A program made the translations under genes and the position numbers. Positions 6,229 through 11,312 of a DNA stretch of 11,312 bases are shown piece after piece. Positions within the stretch are counted from its first letter, which is position 1. Every line of letters begins with the position of its first letter. The DNA comes from Elainellaceae cyanobacterium (lineage in GTDB: Bacteria; Cyanobacteriota; Cyanobacteriia; CAZCXK01), in the NCBI GenBank assembly GCA_051117555.1, contig JBNPEG010000139.1, forward strand, positions 6,644 to 17,955, given 5' to 3'. The notes under the pieces are model-generated. The model was not told the origin of the DNA. It ran no database searches and was given only the letters and a program-made list of their open reading frames with translations.

Positions 6229-7811
6229 GCCAGCGCACAGCCATCTTTACGGGGATCAGAGCCACCAATTAGCGATCCGTGCTCCCAGTCAATCCAGATG
6301 GCTTGCCCTCCACCCAATGGTTCGATCGCAGGCTGGATGCGATGTCCGAGAGCTGACAGACCTTGAGCAATATCGGATGCAATGCCTCGCTCAAGTTGAC
6401 ATATACCGCTGTAGGAAAACACTCGCGGACAATCGAGCGCGGTTTGCACATCCATCTGATAATCGAGGATATTCGTGAGCACATGGGTCTGCCCAGTGGG
6501 TTGGTAGTCGGCTCCCATCACACCAAACGGCATTCTTGCTCGTCCCCCGTCAATCACCATCGCAGGAATGATCGTGTGCAACGGACGCTTGCCGGGTGCA
6601 ACGCAGTTGAAATGCTGGGGATCAACCCGGAACCCTGATCCCCGGCTGTGTAACACGACTCCCGTACGCGGACTGACTAATCCACTGCCAAACGAATGAA
6701 ACACGGATTGAATAAAGCTAATGGCGTTGCCGTCATCATCCACAACGCAGAGATAGACCGTATCGGGATGCGTCGGAAATTTGGGAGGCGGTAAATCTGG
6801 CATGGCGCGTTCGGGTGAAATCAGGCTTCTCAGCTCAGCCGCATAGGGGAATGACAGCAATTCATCAATAGGAATAGAAGCCTGATCGGGATCTGCGACA
6901 TATATGTCGCGATCGCGGTATGCCAGGCGAGCCGCTTCAAGTTCTAAATGCAGACGTTCGACGCTCAGCGCATCATAGGTGCTTAATGAAAAGCCCTCTA
7001 AAATATTTAGCATCAATAGGGTGACCACCCCTTGACCGTTGGGCGGGCACTCATAGACATCCAGGCCGTGATAGGAAGTGGAGATGGGCGTAACATACTC
7101 ACCCTGAGCTGTGGCAAAATCATCCAGCGTATGACAGCCGCCACGACTCTGAAGAAAGGTGACGATATCATCGGCTACCTCCCCTTGATAAAACCCATCT
7201 CGGCCCATTTGGGCGATCGCCCGCAGAGTGTTTGCCAGTTCAGGTTGAAAATGCCGTTCTCCAGACTGAGGGCTGCGCCCGTTTGGCAGAAAAATTCGGG
7301 TAGCTGCCTCACTCATTCGGAGTGCTTTAGTGGCGCGGTGCCAATCATAGGCAACTCGCGGATACACGAGATACCCACCTTCTGCCAGCCGAATCGCAGG
7401 CTGCAACAGAGCATCGAAGTCTTTTCGCCCATAATCAGCCACAAGCTGGCTCCAAGCATCCACGGCCCCAGGAATTGTTACAGCATGAGGGCTGTGGCGA
7501 TCGATTTGGGAGATGCCTTGAGAAAGCAGCCAGTCTGCTGTAAGCCCCGCTGGCGATCGCCCCGATCCATTTAACGCAATGACGTCACGCTGGTTTGCCG
7601 GAGCATAGAGCGCAAAACAATCTCCCCCGATCCCTGTCGATTGAGGCTCAACTACGCAGAGTACTGCTGCTGCCGCGATCGCTGCATCAACAGCATTACC
7701 GCCAGTCCGCAGCGTATCGATTGCAGTCAGCGTCGCCAGTGGATGCGAGGTTGCGGCAACGCCGTGCATGCCATAAACGGGCGATCGCCCTGGACGCTGA
7801 AAATCACGCAT
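6222..7811 (-). CDS. ggt: Gamma-glutamyltransferase family Ntn-hydrolase (cytoplasmic YwrD/HpxW-like subgroup)
   Basis: [59 protein letters not shown], autocleavage D-T(VYLCVVD), [11 protein letters not shown] and GGSDPRKDG. No signal peptide. Confidence 0.93.
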   Translation of the reverse strand: MRDFQRPGRSPVYGMHGVAATSHPLATLTAIDTLRTGGNAVDAAIAAAAVLCVVEPQSTGIGGDCFALYAPANQRDVIALNGSGRSPAGLTADWLLSQGISQIDRHSPHAVTIPGAVDAWSQLVADYGRKDFDALLQPAIRLAEGGYLVYPRVAYDWHRATKALRMSEAATRIFLPNGRSPQSGERHFQPELANTLRAIAQMGRDGFYQGEVADDIVTFLQSRGGCHTLDDFATAQGEYVTPISTSYHGLDVYECPPNGQGVVTLLMLNILEGFSLSTYDALSVERLHLELEAARLAYRDRDIYVADPDQASIPIDELLSFPYAAELRSLISPERAMPDLPPPKFPTHPDTVYLCVVDDDGNAISFIQSVFHSFGSGLVSPRTGVVLHSRGSGFRVDPQHFNCVAPGKRPLHTIIPAMVIDGGRARMPFGVMGADYQPTGQTHVLTNILDYQMDVQTALDCPRVFSYSGICQLERGIASDIAQGLSALGHRIQPAIEPLGGGQAIWIDWEHGSLIGGSDPRKDGCALAY

Positions 7812-8284
7812 TATGCACCTGTTGACTCGGAAAACTCTGAAACGGGTTGAAATTCTTTCGCTTCAGTCAGCGGATAATCTCCGCCGACTGCCTCGTTGAA
7901 GCGTTGCGTGGTTCGTTCTAACAGGTCTTCAGGAATGGCTTTCCACTGGGTTCGACTGGTCCAATAAATCACGAAAATTACATCATCTGCATGATTTGGA
8001 TTGGTCCAAACTTCTTTGCCCGCGTACGCTGGAGAACTCGATAACACTGGGTTCCAGATTTCTGCATCTTTTTGAATAAAATCTGCCTGCTTGTCTGGAG
8101 GAACTTGAAACTTAAGCCATTCAATTGCTGGATGATCCATGCGCTGCGATATCCTCGCTGACTGTGTTGCGGCGTCGCTACTAGACTGTCCTAAAACCAG
8201 CGAAATGACTAGGACAAGCATTACTAATTTGGTCACACGAGATACGATCGGGTGAACGGCTGAAATCATTGGTTTCATGAACAC
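7811..8284 (-). CDS. TIGR03792 family cyanobacterial protein (ABM-like alpha-beta barrel) with N-terminal signal/TM segment
   Basis: IEWLKFQV..FIQKDAEIW..L..KEVW.NP..VI.W..R.QWKAIP..L pattern; hydrophobic stretch LVMLVLVISLVLG. Start is GTG 8284 or ATG 8278. Confidence 0.8.
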   Translation of the reverse strand: MFMKPMISAVHPIVSRVTKLVMLVLVISLVLGQSSSDAATQSARISQRMDHPAIEWLKFQVPPDKQADFIQKDAEIWNPVLSSSPAYAGKEVWTNPNHADDVIFVIYWTSRTQWKAIPEDLLERTTQRFNEAVGGDYPLTEAKEFQPVSEFSESTGA

Positions 8285-8416
8285 ATCCCATGATGAACGT
8301 TAGCGCGATCGCCATCAATACAATCGCTGATTAGTGCGCCGATGGCGCGTTCATCATATCGAATTTCATGAATCGAATTCTATAAATCGCGGAGCACGCT
8401 TATGGGTGAATAAAGC

Positions 8417-9382
8417 TTATCGCTCTCGAAACTCTACGACATCTCGACGCACTGTCACATCATAATTACCGAAGAAATCATGTCCCAGCAACCCGGTTGA
8501 AAGCTCTGGACCGGCGATCGCGACCACTACATTCCGAGACACTGCTCCGTCAACTTCAACCGAGTTGACTCGCCCCAATAAAAACGTTACGCCACTCGTG
8601 CTTGCCGTTGCTACCCGAGTTTGACCGACCGGAACCACCCCCAGCGCTGCCGCCATCGGTTGAGTAATTACGGTGCCGCTTGCCCCAGTGTCGACAATCA
8701 TCTCAAACGTTTGATTGCCATTAAAGGTCACCTGAATGATCGGAGTCCCGCCTGCTCGACGTGTAATAGGAGCCTGAAAAACTCGTCCACTCGCTGGACT
8801 ACGAGCGCTCTGAGAATTATTAGTGTTGCTAGAACGACTGGCAGACGACTGAGCAAGTGGCGTGAGCGGAGACGTGGAACCATCTGGCGCGACAGCAATA
8901 ACGCGCCCTTGAGCTGGCACAGAGCTAGGCACGGATTGAGATGCCTGTTGCTGAGCAAAGGAGAGATTGCGGCGATACTCAGACACCTTGCTTTGCGCGG
9001 TTGCATGGTTCGTACTTGATACCGGAACCGAGGCCATTAAATCAATTGCTTGCTGCCAGCGGCTAGCAACTAAACGCCAATCGTCTTGTGACTGGGCCGA
9101 TTGACTTAAGTTAAATGCGCTAGAAGCCCGATTGATTGCCTCTGGATATGGATCTGAATTCGATGATGACGGAGCCTGTTCGGTAGATGCTGCTTCACTG
9201 GCTCCAGGAGCAGCATCTTGGTCGGCAGGGGATATGGAGTCTACAGCATGCGACTGGTCAGGAGTCACACGCGGGTCAGATTCAGAGCTGGATTTAAGGA
9301 TGCCAGCCCCGCATGCCGTGCCAAACCACACCAACGCGCTGGACAGCAGCAAAGAGGTTGTTAGAGACGAAAGAGTAGGCAT
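8417..9382 (-). CDS. Retropepsin-like aspartic protease, putative lipoprotein
   Basis: C-terminal MIVDTGASGTVIT and GLLGHDFF motifs; N-terminal hydrophobic segment ending in FGTAC (lipobox-like); central helical domain AQSQDDWRLVASRWQQAIDLM; Ser/Pro-rich linkers. Confidence 0.88.
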   Translation of the reverse strand: MPTLSSLTTSLLLSSALVWFGTACGAGILKSSSESDPRVTPDQSHAVDSISPADQDAAPGASEAASTEQAPSSSNSDPYPEAINRASSAFNLSQSAQSQDDWRLVASRWQQAIDLMASVPVSSTNHATAQSKVSEYRRNLSFAQQQASQSVPSSVPAQGRVIAVAPDGSTSPLTPLAQSSASRSSNTNNSQSARSPASGRVFQAPITRRAGGTPIIQVTFNGNQTFEMIVDTGASGTVITQPMAAALGVVPVGQTRVATASTSGVTFLLGRVNSVEVDGAVSRNVVVAIAGPELSTGLLGHDFFGNYDVTVRRDVVEFRER

Positions 9383-9510
9383 ATCTGGAGTTTAGCCGAA
9401 TTCAATAGTACTCTCTATGAAGAGCATTCAAAGATTTCGAATTTCAGTTAAAGCGCGTCTTGTTTAAGATTAAAGCGCTTTATAGGAGACGTCTCCTTGT
9501 AGCAGACATT

Positions 9511-9540
9511 AGGATTCTAGACACCAGGACTCTAGACACC
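9511..9540. repeat. Direct tandem repeat AGGAYTCTAGACACC x2
   Basis: 9511-9525 AGGATTCTAGACACC and 9526-9540 AGGACTCTAGACACC differ at one position. Confidence 0.9.
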
Positions 9541-9610
9541 GACACGGTTCCGGATTGGGTGGATATCGGTCAGACCTCCCCTTAATTATTATCATTCCCG
9601 AATCCAGTCG

Positions 9611-9616
9611 TATAAT
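9611..9616 (+). promoter_or_regulatory. Candidate -10 element for carA
   Basis: Perfect TATAAT about 65 nt upstream of the carA ATG; weak -35. Confidence 0.45.
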
Positions 9617-9680
9617 TCAGTCGTAGGATTGCATCGCTGACCCGTCGATTTTCTTTAAACCTTCTCTCATTTCCTCATCT

Positions 9681-10829
9681 ATGCTGTTTTCTAACGCTCA
9701 ACCTGCCCTTTTGGTCTTAGCTGATGGCACTACCTATCGCGGGTGGTCATTTGGTGCCCAAGGTACCGCGATTGGTGAAGTGGTATTCAACACGGGAATG
9801 ACAGGCTATCAAGAAGTATTAACTGACCCAAGCTATCGCGGTCAGATTGTCACATTTACCTATCCTGAGTTGGGCAATACGGGCGTTAATCCCGATGATG
9901 AAGAGTCCAGTCGTCCTCAAGTGAAAGGGGCGATCGCCCGTAATGTTTGCTACAGTCCCAGCAATTGGCGCGCCACTCAGTCGTTGCCTACCTATCTAAA
10001 GCAGCATAAAATTCCGGGTATTTATGGTATTGATACGCGGGCACTCACGCGCAAAATTCGCACGGTTGGAGCCATGAACGGTGCGATTTCAACCGAAATC
10101 TTAGATCCCGCTGAGCTATTAATGAATGTACAAGATGCTCCTAGCATGGTAGGGCTGAATCTTGTTAAAGAGGTCACAACTAAAAATATCTACGAATGGT
10201 CTGATGCCACCGAAACGGGTTGGGAGTTCAAACCGACGCAGTCTTCTGAATCCAGTGAGCAGCTCACCGTGGTCGCCATCGATTTTGGCATTAAGCGGAA
10301 TATTCTTCGCCGTCTTGCCAGTTATGGTTGCCGCGTGATTGTGGTTCCGGCTGACACGTCTGTAGAAGATATTCTCAAATACGATCCAGATGGAATTTTC
10401 CTATCGAATGGACCGGGTGATCCAGCGGCTGTCACCGAAGGTATTGAAACCGCAAAGCGATTGCTTGAGGCTCAAAAGCCCATGTTTGGCATCTGCTTAG
10501 GGCATCAACTGTTGGGTTTATCAATGGGGGCAGAAACCTTCAAACTTAAATTTGGGCACCGAGGCTTAAATCAACCCGCAGGTCTTCGTCAGAAGGTCGA
10601 AATTACCAGCCAAAATCACGGCTTTGCCGTTGACGCAGATTCTCTGTCTCAAGCCGGTATCGAAATTACTCACCTCAATCTCAACGATCGCACTGTAGCA
10701 GGGCTGCGTCACGCATCACTCCCCATTTTTTCAGTGCAGTATCACCCTGAGGCCAGCCCTGGGCCTCATGATGCTGATTATCTCTTTGAGAAATTTGTTA
10801 ATGCCATGCGAGACGCGAAGCAATCGTGA
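9681..10829 (+). CDS. carA: Carbamoyl-phosphate synthase small subunit
   Basis: [48 protein letters not shown], catalytic GICLGHQ, TSQNHGF and [12 protein letters not shown]. Confidence 0.98.
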   Translation: MLFSNAQPALLVLADGTTYRGWSFGAQGTAIGEVVFNTGMTGYQEVLTDPSYRGQIVTFTYPELGNTGVNPDDEESSRPQVKGAIARNVCYSPSNWRATQSLPTYLKQHKIPGIYGIDTRALTRKIRTVGAMNGAISTEILDPAELLMNVQDAPSMVGLNLVKEVTTKNIYEWSDATETGWEFKPTQSSESSEQLTVVAIDFGIKRNILRRLASYGCRVIVVPADTSVEDILKYDPDGIFLSNGPGDPAAVTEGIETAKRLLEAQKPMFGICLGHQLLGLSMGAETFKLKFGHRGLNQPAGLRQKVEITSQNHGFAVDADSLSQAGIEITHLNLNDRTVAGLRHASLPIFSVQYHPEASPGPHDADYLFEKFVNAMRDAKQS

Positions 10830-10926
10830 TATGTCTGTTGGTGTTTAGGAATTTTTTCTAGGGGATCGGAATAGGTCTGCTAAGCATACTGAGCTATTCG
10901 ATTGTTCCTGAATATTGGGTTGCAAA

Positions 10927-10955
10927 TTGTAACGATTTGCTGAAGCGTGTATCAT
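10927..10955 (+). promoter_or_regulatory. Candidate sigma70-type promoter for psbD
   Basis: TTGTAA (10927-10932), 17-nt spacer, TATCAT (10950-10955). Confidence 0.55.
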
Positions 10956-11185
10956 ATAGAGACGTTAAATCCACCCTCAATAAAAGATAGATCTCGCCTT
11001 AAAATCTTGTTCGAGGTTTGTTATGTTGTCTTGCTAGGCCAAATGAGAAATGTTCCTTTAGTGGGAGCATGCTCATGAGTCAGAGGATACGCGATGTAAT
11101 ATTCTGATGATTGCCTTGACCTAGATGGCAGATTAGATCGCTACTGAGGGATAGAGAACCTGACGGATTATTAAGAGGATATGAA

Positions 11186-11312
11186 ATGACCATAGCAATG
11201 GGACGTGCGCAAGCCAGTCGAGGATGGTTCGACGTCCTCGATGATTGGCTGAAGCGCGATAGATTTGTATTCATCGGCTGGTCAGGGTTATTGCTGTTCC
11301 CCTGCGCCTACT
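11186..11312 (+). CDS. psbD: Photosystem II D2 protein, 5' part (runs off the window)
   Basis: Manual translation from ATG 11186 gives [42 protein letters not shown], the D2 N-terminus. RBS AAGAGGA at 11173-11179. Absent from the ORF track. Confidence 0.98.
   Translation, partial: MTIAMGRAQASRGWFDVLDDWLKRDRFVFIGWSGLLLFPCAY

Larger units (their letters stand above)
2146..9937. repeat. HIP1 octamer GCGATCGC, 14 dispersed copies
   Basis: Counted by eye, starting at 2146, 3168, 3716, 4968, 5826, 6103, 6909, 7213, 7553, 7675, 7781, 8305, 8514 and 9930. Confidence 0.92.

Noticed and set aside
8290..8400. Glutamine riboswitch (CGTTCATC and GAACG words)
   Set aside because: The words are in the wrong order and the GGAAGTA...GAAG core is missing.
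647..9395. Short alternative-frame and antisense ORFs (e.g. 647-913, 2038-2415, 5951-6478, 7032-7574, 8621-9019)
   Set aside because: They overlap well-supported genes and have no recognisable motifs; shadow ORFs.
11181..11189. Mini-ORF ATG-AAA-TGA overlapping the psbD start
   Set aside because: Its ATG is only 1-2 nt from the SD, too close for initiation; the spacing fits ATG 11186.
11080..11274. 64-aa minus-strand ORF
   Set aside because: Antisense shadow of psbD and its leader.
11186..11312. Far-red (FaRLiP) D2 variant
   Set aside because: The visible N-terminus ([11 protein letters not shown]) looks like standard D2, and no FaRLiP cluster genes are present in the window.

Overview
Cyanobacterial chromosomal window, judged from 14 HIP1 GCGATCGC sites, an SLH-OprB porin, a TIGR03792 gene and psbD. 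Left end (1-530): REP-like and palindromic repeat remnants, plus a structured RNA on the minus strand that I recognise as a probable 6S RNA. Then a minus-strand pair: a leaderless fibro-slime/PA14 protein with four Calx-beta-like repeats, and an SLH-domain porin whose RBS overlaps a Yfr1-complementary motif. trpD (+) is divergent from this pair. It is followed by three minus-strand genes (retropepsin-like putative lipoprotein, TIGR03792 protein, cytoplasmic YwrD-like gamma-glutamyltransferase), then carA (+) and the 5' end of psbD (+), which the ORF track missed. The best candidate for an undescribed system is the possible adhesin-porin-6S transcription unit, with a 3x13-bp palindromic tandem repeat in its leader. 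All family assignments are from motif recognition; no searches were run.
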